Origin: Eledone cirrhosa
Lineage: Eukaryota
Length of the DNA stretch: 64,000 nt
Direction: 5' to 3'
Assembly: GCA_964016885.1 (NCBI GenBank)
Contig: OZ024743.1
Location: forward strand, 336,412,001 to 336,476,000
Below are positions 24,769-38,250 of this stretch, one piece after another. Each line of letters starts with the position of its first letter. Position 1 is the first letter of the stretch. Below the pieces are notes generated by a model, which had not been told where the DNA came from, did not search any database, and saw only the letters and a program-made list of their open reading frames with translations. A program made the translations under genes and the position numbers.

Positions 24769-25147
24769 ATAATGGTTGTTTGTATGGTCTAATGTGTGAA
24801 CAGAAATTTGGAACGTTAAACTTATGTTACGAGTTATAGGATGAAATTAAATTAAAAAAAATAAATTGAAAATTGGAAAATAAATTTAAAAAATGATTTA
24901 ATGAAGTTACAGAGAGAGTCTTATATGACAAAGTTAATCTCGATAAGATATCAGGGTGAGATAAAGATTAAAGCCTTCGAATGTGAATCCCAGCCAGCAC
25001 CTCCTAACCACGTGTCAGCCAGTTTCGAGTGGTATCGTTTTTTATTTATATATATATATATGTAGAGGTTATATTTAATTTGTTGGGATACAACAAGCAA
25101 AATATTTTTATAACTGATATAAAGCACTCAACAAATTATTGGAGTAA

Positions 25148-25349
25148 ATATACAATATATTAGCAAATGGAAACTATATTTATAAAACCATATTTATTTC
25201 ATTATACATATTTCAAAGGCCACCAAGGCAAACTATGGCGCGCTTTCATCTGATGAAAGCGCACCATAGTTTGCCTTGGTGACCCTTGAAATATGTATAA
25301 TGAAATAAATATGGTTTTATAAATATAGTTTCCATTTGCTAATATATTG

Positions 25350-25354
<5 letters not shown>
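25148..25354. repeat. ~103-bp-arm palindrome centred on a hammerhead core
   Basis: Axis at 25251, about 3 mismatches; the right arm begins CTGATGA...GAAA tatgTA. Confidence 0.9.
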
Positions 25355-25394
<40 letters not shown>

Positions 25395-25435
25395 GTGTGT
25401 ATGTGTGTGTGTGTGCGTGTGTGTGTGTGTGTGTA

Positions 25436-25473
<38 letters not shown>

Positions 25474-26124
25474 AACATATATAGGTTAACTTATACAAAG
25501 TTATCTATAGGCAGATTCCCAGTAGAGCGATCTAAAATAAACTTTGTCTACCATTAATCTCACCGTTACTGCAGTTTCTACTGATAAGACAATTTTGGCC
25601 ATTATATTACATAAAATGAACCAACATTGAAGAATTCAGCTTCGTCAGATGGCATTCTTTGAAAGTATAAATTAATACTCACCTATTAGTGAACAGGAGA
25701 CACCAACCGCTGTACCAGCATGGTGTAAGTTTTCACACAATTAAATGAATATTTGTAGATGAGAACAGTGAGTATATATGCCACTGTAACAGTTATATAT
25801 TTTAGCTATCATCTATGGAGACGTTCTCTATATCAGTGAAAAAGAATTTCCTGTTTGATATTTGCTAGTCTTTTATTATTGAGTTAATAGACGTGATATA
25901 TAGCTGCTATATATGTATGTATGTGTATGTGTGTGACTGTGGTTGTGTGTGTATGTGTGTCTGTGTGTGTGTGTGTGTGTGTGTGTTGATTTAAGTTTCA
26001 TTGATAAAATTTGGAATTTAAAAAGTAGTCGTTTCAATGTAAATGATTATAACAATAATCGATCACTATTAAATTAGTTGAGAAAACCACGTAAAGAAAT
26101 CTTAGAGGCAGAAAACATTAGACA

Positions 26125-26196
26125 TGGAGTCTGTGAGGAGTCGAAACCCACCTCTTTCGGATGCTGAGCAAGTACGTTAATCGCTATGCTAAGAGG
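26125..26196 (-). pseudogene. tRNA-like remnant (Ala-AGC-like) or SINE head
   Basis: Minus strand tagcatagcg (A-box-like), tgctcAGCatc, gggtttcgactcc (B-box-like), ends ctcca; acceptor stem does not pair. Confidence 0.45.
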
Positions 26197-27438
26197 AGAT
26201 GACTACCAATTGTTATCTTTTTGAGGAAGTTAAACTCCTAACCAAATTATTTTCATGGATTGTCAAACATTTGTCATTTATTGCTGCCAGAGATAAGACG
26301 ATGTTGGCCATTGCATTACATAAAACGAACCAACATTGATGAACTCGGGTTCGTCAGATGGCATTCGCATAACAAATCCTTACACATAAATGCATCACTC
26401 ATAGTCGAACGAGGAATGGTAATACCATCAACCCCTTTCAATATCGTTGACTTTGAGATAACTGGCATTAATGCTAATAACAGAGTGGACAAGTGTTGCT
26501 GTTAAACTAGGCATCAGATTAAATCTACAACGCAAAACCTCTGAGGGATTCCCCAAGGTTTTCGTCTACCAAATTTCATTTACAAGGCTTTGATAAAATC
26601 GAGACTGAAATGAACCTTCATCACTTTCGAAGATGATTGTTCCAATTGTTCGATCAACAGATCAAACTGGTTATAAAATTAACGTGTAAGTGACTGAGCA
26701 TTCAACTGACATCTGTACCCTCAACGTAATCCACTGGTAGTTCAGTGTGACACAATGTGTTACATGTTCAGTCCATCCAACAAGCTTCTAACAGTTTTCG
26801 TCTGCCCAATTTCACTCACAAGATATGAATCTACCCAAGGCTATGATAAATGACACTTGGTCAAGATGCCACAAAGTAGGATCGAGCCTGGGTTCTAATG
26901 ATTACGAAGCGAGCTTCTTAATCATTCAGCCATGATGCGTCCACAATCAAGACTATAAGACACATATCCACCATGCTTTAGGCAAACAACTTTAAAACAC
27001 ACAAAATATGAATGTTTGAGTATAATGTACAAAAATATTGACAATGTATCTATAAAATTATGATGATTGGTAGAATAGATAGAATTAAATATTATCATGA
27101 AAATAGCAGAACATTTTTTTTTCTTTTCCAATAGGTCTAACTGCAGGATAAACGGAAATTTGATATATTAAAATCGGAATTCAATACATAATCTGATTTG
27201 ATTTTTAACAAAGTATAAATGTTTCTATTAAAGCAAACTTGATATAAAAAGCGCAGCATGGGGCGGTATATTCTATTTATGGGTAAAAAAATATATATTC
27301 TATTGATGGGTAAAATATATATATTTTATAGCACTCTTTAAATTGTTCCTGGGTGTCTAGAATGAAAGATACTCGCTAAGTGAATTTGCTGCAATATATG
27401 TATATATATATATATAATAAATGTAATCTGAGTTTTTC

Positions 27439-27469
<31 letters not shown>

Positions 27470-27558
27470 TTAGAAACACACAGATACATGCGGACACACA
27501 CATATACATATATGATACATTTTATCACTAATTATATTTAAATGTTCCTTCTCTCTTC

Positions 27559-27686
<128 letters not shown>

Positions 27687-27729
27687 AGTATATATGTATA
27701 TGTATATGTATATGTGTGTGTGTATATAT

Positions 27730-27794
<65 letters not shown>

Positions 27795-28141
27795 AGAATA
27801 ATTTTATAGATGCAAAATGTAATCTTATAGAATTTTAAAATATTTCTTTCTTTCTCTTTGTTCCTTTCACAGCAATTTCCGGCAGATGTCAGAATGTATT
27901 TAAGTATTTCTTAACTTTCAAGACTTGAAGAAATTAAAATATTGGTCACCCTTAATAAATGTTCCACCCATCAGATTCGTTGCGGTGATCTCTGCACCCT
28001 GACCAAACAATCGTCAATTATTCAGTTTGGTGGGTGGACTGGGTGAGTTTGTAAGATGCACTATAACTAATTTCAACTGTAAAATTGGTACATTTTAATA
28101 ACCAAACCAAGCGGTACTTAAGGAAATCATTATATGATTAA

Positions 28142-28330
28142 AGGTGGATTGGCAGTATCAGTAGAGGGTCGGACACCATGCTTTGACGCATAGAGTTACG
28201 GCACTTGCCATTCCGAGTTAAAATCCCGCCGAGGTTAACTTTGCCTTTCATCCTTACGGGGTCGATAAAATAAAGTACCAGTAATGTACTGGTTAATTGC
28301 TGGCCTTGTGCCAAAAGTAGAAACAATTAT
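28142..28330 (+). mobile_element. tRNA-derived SINE family A
   Basis: Same core as 20944-21130. Confidence 0.88.
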
Positions 28331-28405
28331 ATGATTAAATCAAATAAATGGGATATACCCAATTTCACTTTCTAGGTCATGAGTTGACCCGATGTTATAG
28401 TAAAT

Positions 28406-28472
<67 letters not shown>

Positions 28473-28593
28473 GTGTGTGATGGAGTGTATGTGTGTACGT
28501 ATGCGTGTGTGTGTATGTATGCGTGTGTGTGTCTATGCTTATATGATGGTAAATAAATATATATATATATTATAAATATATATATATTATATT

Positions 28594-28625
<32 letters not shown>

Positions 28626-28639
28626 AAGTTGAAGAAAAA

Positions 28640-29198
28640 AATTAAAGGAAATAAAAACGACAAGGAAGGAGATCTGGGGTGGAAGGACTAGGAAGAGATG
28701 GGGGAAGAAGGAACTATAGAGGAAAAGATAAAAAAATATAGAAAAGTTACGTCTACCTTTGTAAGCAGGGGTTACCCCTTACAAAGTCGGCAAGTGGGGT
28801 GTTTCAGCTCTTGTCTACCCCCCGGGTCATTATGGGGTTTGAGGGCGAGGTAAGTCCTACGCAATCTGTGTTTGCATGCAGTTACCAGTTCGTCTTTCTT
28901 GTTTAGGAGTTGGTCCTTCGAAAACAACATTTGTAATGTTTCCTCCGAGCATAAGTTACACGGACGGCGTCCTCCCGTGTAAGAGTTAGCACTGGACAGT
29001 AAGCTCCAAGTGAGATTGTATGTTATATTATTATCTTTGAGGTCCCAGGTGTGGCCCGAGAGTGTAGTGGTGTGACGCCGGGCCGGGTTTCGGAAAGTAT
29101 GTCTGTGTAGGTAGAGCCGGGTCTTGAAGTCACAAGCAGTCCAGAATTAGCCGTCGAAACGGCTTGAGCTCTGCCGTCGGGGTCATACTTGTTCCTAT
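28640..29198 (-). mobile_element. 5'-truncated Naiad-type PLE (Naiad-3): GIY-YIG C-terminus plus inverted pLTR piece (29139-29198)
   Basis: Minus strand FKTRLYLHRHTFRNPARRHTTTLSGHTWDLKDNNITYNLTWSLL...CNLCSEE...LLNKKDEL..CKHR. Confidence 0.85.
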
Positions 29199-29292
29199 AT
29201 ATATATATAGAATCGTTATTTCTGTTTACCTTTTACATACATACATACATACATATATATATATATATATTTGTATATCTATATAGATATAG

Positions 29293-29449
<157 letters not shown>

Positions 29450-29531
29450 TATATATCTATATATATATAGATATACAAATATAAATATATATGTATGTAT
29501 GTAAAAGCTAAACAGAAATAACAATTCCATC

Positions 29532-29567
<36 letters not shown>

Positions 29568-29570
<3 letters not shown>

Positions 29571-29763
29571 CAAAGGAATTGTGCAAAGGAACCAGATGGA
29601 CCATAACGCACCAGAGTACTCAATACTTAGTGTAGTAGAGTGGGAAAAAGGAAAAAGTATGACCCGGACGGCAGAGTTCAAGCCGTTTCGACGGCTATTT
29701 CTGGACGAGTCCAGAAATAGCCGTCGAAACGGCTTCAGCTCTGCCGTCGGGTTCATACTTTTT

Positions 29764-29768
<5 letters not shown>
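29568..29768 (-). mobile_element. Second fold-back mini-insertion of the Naiad-3 pLTR end
   Basis: Inverted arms 29649-29706 and 29709-29766; homologous to 19991-20186. Confidence 0.8.
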
Positions 29769-29829
<61 letters not shown>

Positions 29830-29934
29830 AGGAAAAGAGATGAAATCGAAAAAGCAACTGGAGTCTTTTTTTTTTAAATATATATTTAAACCTCACTTTC
29901 TTATATATATATATATATGTATATATATATAAGT

Positions 29935-30052
29935 TGAAAAAAATGAAAACGAAATTTCATTTCTCACTCTTAGTATGGCACTTACTTAAATGTAAGTATG
30001 TATGTATACGTACATACATATATGTATACAGACGTACAGTAGCATGCATATA

Positions 30053-30149
<97 letters not shown>

Positions 30150-30561
30150 GCATACAGGTACACATACATATATGCACGCATCAGTTTAGCCGACGTTTAT
30201 TATAACGCCGGCCGCTTTGTTCGTTTGTTTGTCAACAAAGCGAACAGCCTGAATTTATGCCATACGGTGTTAAGGCAACCACGTCACCTTTTTGTTCAAC
30301 ACTGACACAGGAACGATGTACTAGTTTCAACCTTGTTAGCTATCATCAGCACCGTTTACCCATCTGCCAGATAGTTGAACGTTCGAAAGTATATACTTTC
30401 CTTATGAAAATTTAAAAAAAAAGGTGACGTGGTTGCCTTAACACCGTATGGCATAAATTCAGGCTGTTCGCTTTGTTGACAAACAAACGAACAAAGCGGC
30501 CGGCGTTATAATAAACGTCGGCTAAACTGATGCGTGCATATATGTATGTGTACCTGTATGC

Positions 30562-30616
<55 letters not shown>

Positions 30617-30664
30617 TGCTACTGTACGTCTGTATACATATATGTATGTACGTATGCATACATA

Positions 30665-30667
<3 letters not shown>
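29935..30667 (-). mobile_element. PLE pLTR (29935-30410) with inverted partial copy (30423-30667)
   Basis: 30423-30667 is the reverse complement of about 29995-30290; homologous to 31187-31620 and 45635-45800. Confidence 0.75.
30313..30355 (-). ncRNA. Minimal type I hammerhead ribozyme
   Basis: acggtg-CTGATGA-tagctaacaaggtt-GAAA-ctag-TA-catcgt. Confidence 0.8.
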
Positions 30668-30763
<96 letters not shown>

Positions 30764-30793
30764 CATTATATATATATACATTTTATATATATA

Positions 30794-30903
30794 TATAATA
30801 ACTAGAAATTGATTAACATATAAATAAACATGAATAATCACAGGAGATATCTCCTGTGATTATTCATGTTTATTTATATGTTAATCAATTTCTAGTTATT
30901 ATA
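30794..30903. repeat. Perfect 110-bp palindrome with no spacer
   Basis: 55-bp arms meet at caggagat|atctcctg. Confidence 0.95.
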
Positions 30904-31068
30904 AAATGCTCGGACCTATTCGTTAGAATCTTAGAGCTTATTTTGCGGGTGATATGGCGCATGTCTTTCTGGCATGACACCCATAATTTTGATTATCTTA
31001 ATTTTGGAGATATATATATACATTTTATATATATATATATGTATATATATAATACATTATATATATAT

Positions 31069-31192
<124 letters not shown>

Positions 31193-31455
31193 AAAGAATG
31201 AAACGAAATTTAATTTCTCACTCTTAGTACGGCTGATACCTAAATATAAGTATGTATACGTACATATATACATGTGTACAGTAGTATGTATATATATATA
31301 TATACATAGATGCCCACATATATATATATATATATACGTATGGCTTTACCGAACATTTATTATAATGTTCGGTTTGTTTCTAAACAAACAGCCCGAATTA
31401 CGCCGTACAGTGCTCGGCAACCATCATCGGCCTTTTGTTCAACACTGAAACAGGA

Positions 31456-31498
31456 ATGATGTACTAGTTTCAAGCTTATTAGCTATCGTCAGCATCGT
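31456..31498 (-). ncRNA. Minimal type I hammerhead ribozyme in pLTR 31187-31705
   Basis: acgatg-CTGACGA-t agct aata agct t-GAAA-ctag-TA-catcat. Confidence 0.85.
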
Positions 31499-32057
31499 AT
31501 ACCTTTCTGTCAGATGATTGAACGTTTGAAAGTATATACTTTCCTTATGCATATTAACGGCTGAGCAGCCTAATTTGCATATCGATTGAGTTAGTCGGCT
31601 GAGCGCGACGAAAACAATAAATGGAAAAGAATGAAACGAAATTTCATTTCTCACTCTTAGTACGTTAATATGCATAAGGAAAGTATATACTTCCAAACGT
31701 TCATACAAGGACGCGTGCATATAAACATACACACCCGCAACCACATACATATATGTGATATATACAGGGAAGGGAGTGTATAAAGTCAACGCAGTGTCGG
31801 ACGGAAGGTCGATACAAATGTAAAATATGATGAATAAATGAAAAAATAAATAAGATATGAATAAAAAATTAAGGCAAAGAGAAAGTAAATGGGAGGGGTT
31901 TTGATATATAAAGCAACACTGGAAAAAATAAATAAAAAGTAGAAACCATGCATACAGCGAACAAGCTTATACACACATACATATATATAAATATATATAC
32001 ATACAGACAAAAAACACGTGCACAAAGGCATACATACACATACACACATACATACAT

Positions 32058-32119
<62 letters not shown>

Positions 32120-32559
32120 GAAAACACATGTACAGAAACGCACACACATACACGCACACGTACGAATGCGTTCGTATATATATACATACACGTATACACA
32201 CATATACACACATACGCATCCATACATATATAAAAAAAACAACCGTATGAATAAATGGGTACAAAATATACGCAAGTATACATACATAAAAACGGCTGAG
32301 GGTCAACGGAAAATATCTGGAGTTAAAAATACAAGTGACATACATGTGATGTCTGGTAGTAAAAGAAAAAGGGGAAGTAAAATAAATGTAAATAATGTAT
32401 AATTGTTAAGATATAAAGTTAATGAATCAAATCACTAGTGGATGTAAAGTAAAAATATTTGAGAAGTCTATAAAGAAGGTAAGTTAAAGAAAGTGAAGAA
32501 CAAGAGTTTATGGAGGATAGGTGTCTGAAAGTGAGTTAAGTTTATATGAGCTGGAAAGC

Positions 32560-34505
32560 AAATGTGATTTCATGTGTGGGCAACTGGTGAAAATTTCTGA
32601 TTTGCATTTAGGCAGGTTTTTGGTGATTTAAGGTTCTGTAAAATCCAATATTTTTCATTTATGCAGAGTGCGCATCTTCTTGTTCCTCTTGCGTATTCTT
32701 TAGATTGGTTCAAAATTGACCAATCTAATTTATACTGGATACCTTGCTCCTTCAAATCCCATATTCTGCTAGCCAGAGCTGTTGTAAATCTTTTTTCAGG
32801 ATGTCGGAAAGATGCGACATGTGAATAATAATGCGTTTTGAATTTGCTTTGTGTCATACCCACATATCGTTCACTTATTGATATAAGATAAGATTTAATA
32901 GAGGGACCGCAGGAGTAGCTGTTTTTGACACAGTTTCTATTGAAGATCTTATAGTATCTATGTGTTCTGGGGAAATGTTTATCTAAGAATTCTAGGATTT
33001 TTTTGTCTACATTAGTTTTAACTGCTAAAGAGTAGGGGGTGTGATCCAGATTATTTTTCTTTTCCTATTATGTTTAAAGGAGTTAATATTGTTGGGTATG
33101 TACTTAATAGGTTCACTAAATCCACTATTTTGAAGGGCTTTATTATAGTAGGGATATGCTTTATTGAAAATAGCTTCTGAGGAAGTGAGTTGTGGAGATC
33201 CTACGGCTAATATTAGGGATGAGATTTTTAAATACTATAGGAGGATGGCAAGAGCCTTTATTTATGTATTTTAAATTTTCATTTGGTTTATGGTATGGTT
33301 TATAAGAAGCAGTAGGCAGATCTAGGTTTATATCTAGAAAATTAACATGAGAAAGGTTTGTGTCAATGGTAATTTTAAGATTAAAACTAGCGAAGGTTTT
33401 TAATAAGTCTTTCCTGAATCTATCTAAGTTATGGCCTATAGTGGTATTGGAAAGTATTAGACCATCATCACGATAAAGCCCAAAGGTATGGTTAGGGAAT
33501 GTCTCTTTAAGTGTGTAGAGGAGGAATAGGCCGACTAAATCACACATCAGCACTGTCAAAATAGCCCATTGAGATATCAAGGGGTTCTCTGGGTTAGATT
33601 TTTTTACCCAAGTATCATTATTAGTAAACAGTAAAGTATTTCTAGCATGCAAAATGACATTCTCTTTAATATCAGAAATATTAATAAACTTTCTAGCAAA
33701 ATTTAATGCTTTCGTTAAAAGAGGGTGAGTAATAGACGGATAGAAGTCTACAATGTCAAATTGAATCTAGAACTATTTTTATCTTTAATATTATTAAACC
33801 AATGTACCACAGAAAAGCTATTTATCCATTGGAGTAATTCTGACTTACTTCTAATATGTTTGTTTATGCTATTTAATATTTGTTTGCTAGCAAGGCCGAT
33901 TTCAGTCTTAGCAGGGTTGATTAATCTACAACTGGGACGATTATTAAAATCAGATTTGTGATCTTTAAGAGTGATATAGACATTACGTTTTGCAAGTTTT
34001 TTTCTGTTCTATTGTCTATTTTTTTTTAAATGGTTAATTCTTTGGCGTCCTTATTAATAGTATTATAGGTGTTAATATTAGCTATTTGGTATTTAGAGGT
34101 GATGCTATCTGTTAAGAGTTGGTCATGTAAGTTATTATTAACTTCGTATAAATGTTCAGTTTTATCGGAGAAAATGAACTTACTTTTAGAAGATTTGAAT
34201 TTTGAAATATCGTTTGAGAGTTTAGATTAAAAAGAGTTAAAGTACTTACGGAATTTGATTTGGTTAATTAAATTAACTAAGTCTAGTTCAAAAGCGGTCA
34301 TGTCTTTTACGCTTTGTGGGTATTTATGAGACTTGATATTGAAGTATTCTGTAGAGTCCGTGATAAAGTGTCCATCGAAAAACAAAGCTTTCCATCTCAT
34401 TCTTTTTACAACTTTTTCTACTTTGTCGATCAACATTTTAGTGTAGGAAGTGTTAGAAGGTGTTGGTATATTCTTGATGGAGTAATCCAAATAATATCGA
34501 TCCAT
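32560..34505 (-). pseudogene. Decayed Naiad-type PLE ORF (Naiad-4)
   Basis: YSIKNIP..MRWKALFF, GLYRDDGL, FLDINL, FKTHYYSH, CALCINE; several frameshifts and deletions. Confidence 0.88.
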
Positions 34506-34574
34506 GTTAGGTATTGGTTAAAATTCGTTTTAACTGAAGAGTGCTCGTCTTTAAAGGGCTGGAAGGTGCCAATC

Positions 34575-35005
34575 TCATATGTGATTACGTAGATCAGATT
34601 ATTTGAGTTGCAAGTGAAATTGTTTTTCCCTGTGAAAGTTTGACTATCTTTAAATGTGAATGTTTGTCCTTCAATTAAGTAGAGGCATGTGCCATAGTTT
34701 GTTCTTTCGCATTTTGTTACCGTAAGGTTGGAGATTGGTTTGTGTATATTTGTTCCAGTGAGAATGTGTTTTAGTGATTTGGGTTGCCTTTTACTTTTAA
34801 TGATCCTGTGTGTTTCTAGACCATTTTTCATTTTCTCATCCTTAAATAGAATGGGGAGGTTTTTGTGTAGGTGCTCGAACATTTCGGTGTTTCTAGGGTT
34901 GAAGGGGGATACATATAGTAAGGTATTGTTTGTGGTTCTGGACTTTGGATTGTTTAGTTGATTAAAATTTACGTGTTTTGCTTTGTCTATTCCGTTATTT
35001 ATTAT
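34575..35005 (-). mobile_element. Neptune-type PLE fragment (linker + Zn finger + start of GIY-YIG)
   Basis: SKRQPKSLKHILT...KCERTNYGTC...FTCNSNNLIYVIT, homologous to 39422-39900. Confidence 0.75.
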
Positions 35006-35329
35006 GTCAATTTTCTTTTACTACCTAATTTTCTTTTACTACTTAATTTTCTTTTACTACCTTCAGTTTATCAAAACTGGAGAATTTGTTTGTTATGAAT
35101 TTAAATCATATTTTCAGCTAACAGAACGTTTTTCAGCTAATAAACGTTAAAAATCTTAAATCTATCGTTGATGGACGACTAAGCGATTTCTTATGACTTT
35201 CCTTGATTTTCTGGCTCCTATCTATGTATACAATATATGAAAATTGAAGGACGATGACCTCTGTGCAAATGATGGTTGAATATATGTATGTGTATATATA
35301 TATATATATATAGTAGTATAGTTATTACG

Positions 35330-35720
35330 AAGCATTTTGAGATGTGAAATAAGTGACTGATAAGATTGTGAAAGCCGGTACATTGTAGTAGACATATGTA
35401 AAGGACAAAGGATTTCTTCAAGCTCCATGGTTAGTTCGACACTATGAAGTGACACAGTTGAGAGCAATAGTCCAGTCAGCTTACGACAAATTTCCTCTCT
35501 AGTACCAACGTGGTTTCTCTGTCCCTTCTCTTGAAAATCCTCAAGATCTAGCCAGCGAGTCGTCTGCACATTGTCACCATTTTCATGATCTGTGAATAAA
35601 ACGATGCATCGTCGCTCATGTGTATACCCAGGTCTTGAATCGATTTTGACACGAGGATTTCGATCCTTCCTGGTCCGGTGTAGTTGTGTTGTACTGTCCT
35701 TGTGTTAGCAGGTTGATATT
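35330..35720 (-). mobile_element. Possible highly decayed 3' end of an RTE-like LINE
   Basis: Fragments RPGR..., RWLDLEDFQEK, LISHLFH; weak. Confidence 0.3.
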
Positions 35721-35747
35721 GTAGGGCTTGACATTTTCCCTATATAA

Positions 35748-35924
<177 letters not shown>

Positions 35925-36142
35925 TATATATATATATAATAGTGAGTAAACTCGAATTGCAGATCCTATTATCAGTTCCGAAATCGATAAATTATAGCTC
36001 AGAGTAATAACAATACGTTAGGGGTGTGACACATTGATAATTGTGACCGGAGACATGTTGCCACCTTGCTACTACAACAACGAAAATACAAACAGGTGAA
36101 AGATGAATCTGGACCTGATCGATGGATATTATATAAATATTT

Positions 36143-36245
36143 TCGAGGTTAACTTTGCCTTTCATCCTTACGGGGTCGATAAAATAAAGTACCAGTAATG
36201 TACTGGGTAATGCTGGCCTTGTGCGTAAAAATAGAAACAATTATA
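36143..36245 (+). mobile_element. SINE family A, 3' part
   Basis: gaggttaactttgcctttcatccttacggggtcgataaaataaagtaccag. Confidence 0.85.
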
Positions 36246-36437
36246 TAAATATTTTCAATTGGTTTCTAGGAATCCTAAAGCTACACTCCAAGTTGTGTAA
36301 CATGCAAAGATGGAACGAGTATATCCCTTTCTCAACATGCATTTCGTTCCGTTATCCACCGAGCGCAGCTTATTAACTCCAAGGACATATATATAGTTCA
36401 AGGAGACAAAAAGTGCGGTACAAAATGTCTTATTAGC

Positions 36438-36494
<57 letters not shown>

Positions 36495-38250
36495 GACAGG
36501 GGGGAAGAAAAAATGGCTTCACCTGTCCTTTCAACAAATAAATTTTCTTCACAAAATCCAAAAAAGAATTTTTTCCGGATTAGAAAAAAATTTTTTTTTT
36601 TTTTCTTACAAAAAATTATCTTATAAATTAAGTTGTTGGTTGTTGGTTAGGTCTTAGGAGTTCTTGGTTAACGTAGGAGGTATTGTTTCGTTTTTAGAAC
36701 GACCTTTCACGCTGAGGTGCGCTTGTCAAACTAATGAGTATGTGGTGTGTTGTTCTATATATAGGGATTTAACATGTCTGTGGTGTGGTGGGGGTTTCTT
36801 TTCTCCCCCTTTTCACCCCAAGTGTTTGGGTGTAGGTGTGTTGAAAAAGTGTTAATAGCAGTAATGAGTTGAGACGGTGAGTAGGGTTGGGTGGGGAGAA
36901 ATGTAGCAAGTGCGGCCTGCGCCGGTCATTCTCGAAAAATTCCTTTATTCAGGGGAAAAAAACTTTTAGTATTCCTTTTGTGTTGAGAATGGTCACAGGC
37001 AAATCGCACCTGCTAAGTTTGTAAATAATTTTTTTTTTTTTTTTCTGAAGAATTTTTCTACGTCCAATCCCAAAATTAGTCCTTTGTTCAACACACACAT
37101 ATGTGCGTATACACGTACATACACACACGGGCATATGTAGGAATATATAGGCACACACCATCAATCAGACAGGGGGGAAGAAAAAATGTCTTCACTTGTG
37201 CTTTCAACAAATTTATTTTCTTCACAAAATCCAAAAAGAATTTTTTTCCGGATTAGAAAATTTTTTTTTTTTTTTTTTTTAGAAAAAATTATTTTATAAA
37301 TTAAGTTGTTGGTTGTTGGTTAGGTCTTAGGAGTTCTTGCTTAACGTAGGAGGTATTGTTTTGTTTTTAGAACGACCTTTCACGCTGAGGTGCGCTTGTC
37401 AAACTGATGTGTATGTGGTGTGTTGTTCTATATATAGGGATTTAACATGTCTGTGGTGTGGTGGGGGTTTCTTTTCTTCCCCTTTAATAAGTGTATGGGT
37501 GTAGGTGTGTTGAAAAAGTGTTAATAGCAGTAATGAGTTGAGACGGTGAGTAGGGTTGGGTGGGGAGAAATGTAGCAAATGCGGCCTGCCCCGGTCATTC
37601 TCGAAAAATTCCTTTATTCAGGGGAAAAAAACTTTTAGTATTCCTTTTGTGTTGAGAATGGTCACAGGCAAATCGCACCTGCTAAGTTTGTAAATAATTT
37701 TTTTTTTTTTTTTTTTTTCTGAAGAATTTTTCTACGTCCAATCCCAAAATTAGTCCTTTGTTCAACACACACATATGTGCGTATACACGTACATACACAC
37801 ACGGGCATATGTAGGAATATATAGGCACACACCATCAATCAGACAGGGGGGAAGAAAAAATGGCTTCACTTGTGCTTTCAACAAATTTATTTTCTTCACA
37901 AAATCCAAAAAGAATTTTTTCCGGATTAGAAAAACATTTTTTTTTTTCTTACAAAAAATTATCTTATAAATTAAGTTGTTGGTTGTTGGTTAGGTCTTAG
38001 GAGTTCTTGGTTAACGTAGGAGGTATTGTTTCGTTTTTAGAACGACCTTTCACGCTGAGGTGCGCTTGTCAAACTGATGTGTATGTGGTGTGTTGTTCTA
38101 TATATAGGGATTTAACATGTCTGTGGTGTGGTGGGGTTTTTTTTTCTCCCCCTTTAATAAGTGTATGGGTGTAGGTGTGTTGAAAAAGTGTTAATAGCAG
38201 TAATGAGTTGAGACGGTGAGTAGGGTTGGGTGGGGAGAAATGTAGCAAGT

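Noticed and set aside
27870-28080. Exon-like segment with FGQG, resembling an SRCR domain
   Set aside because: In-frame stops and too little similarity to call
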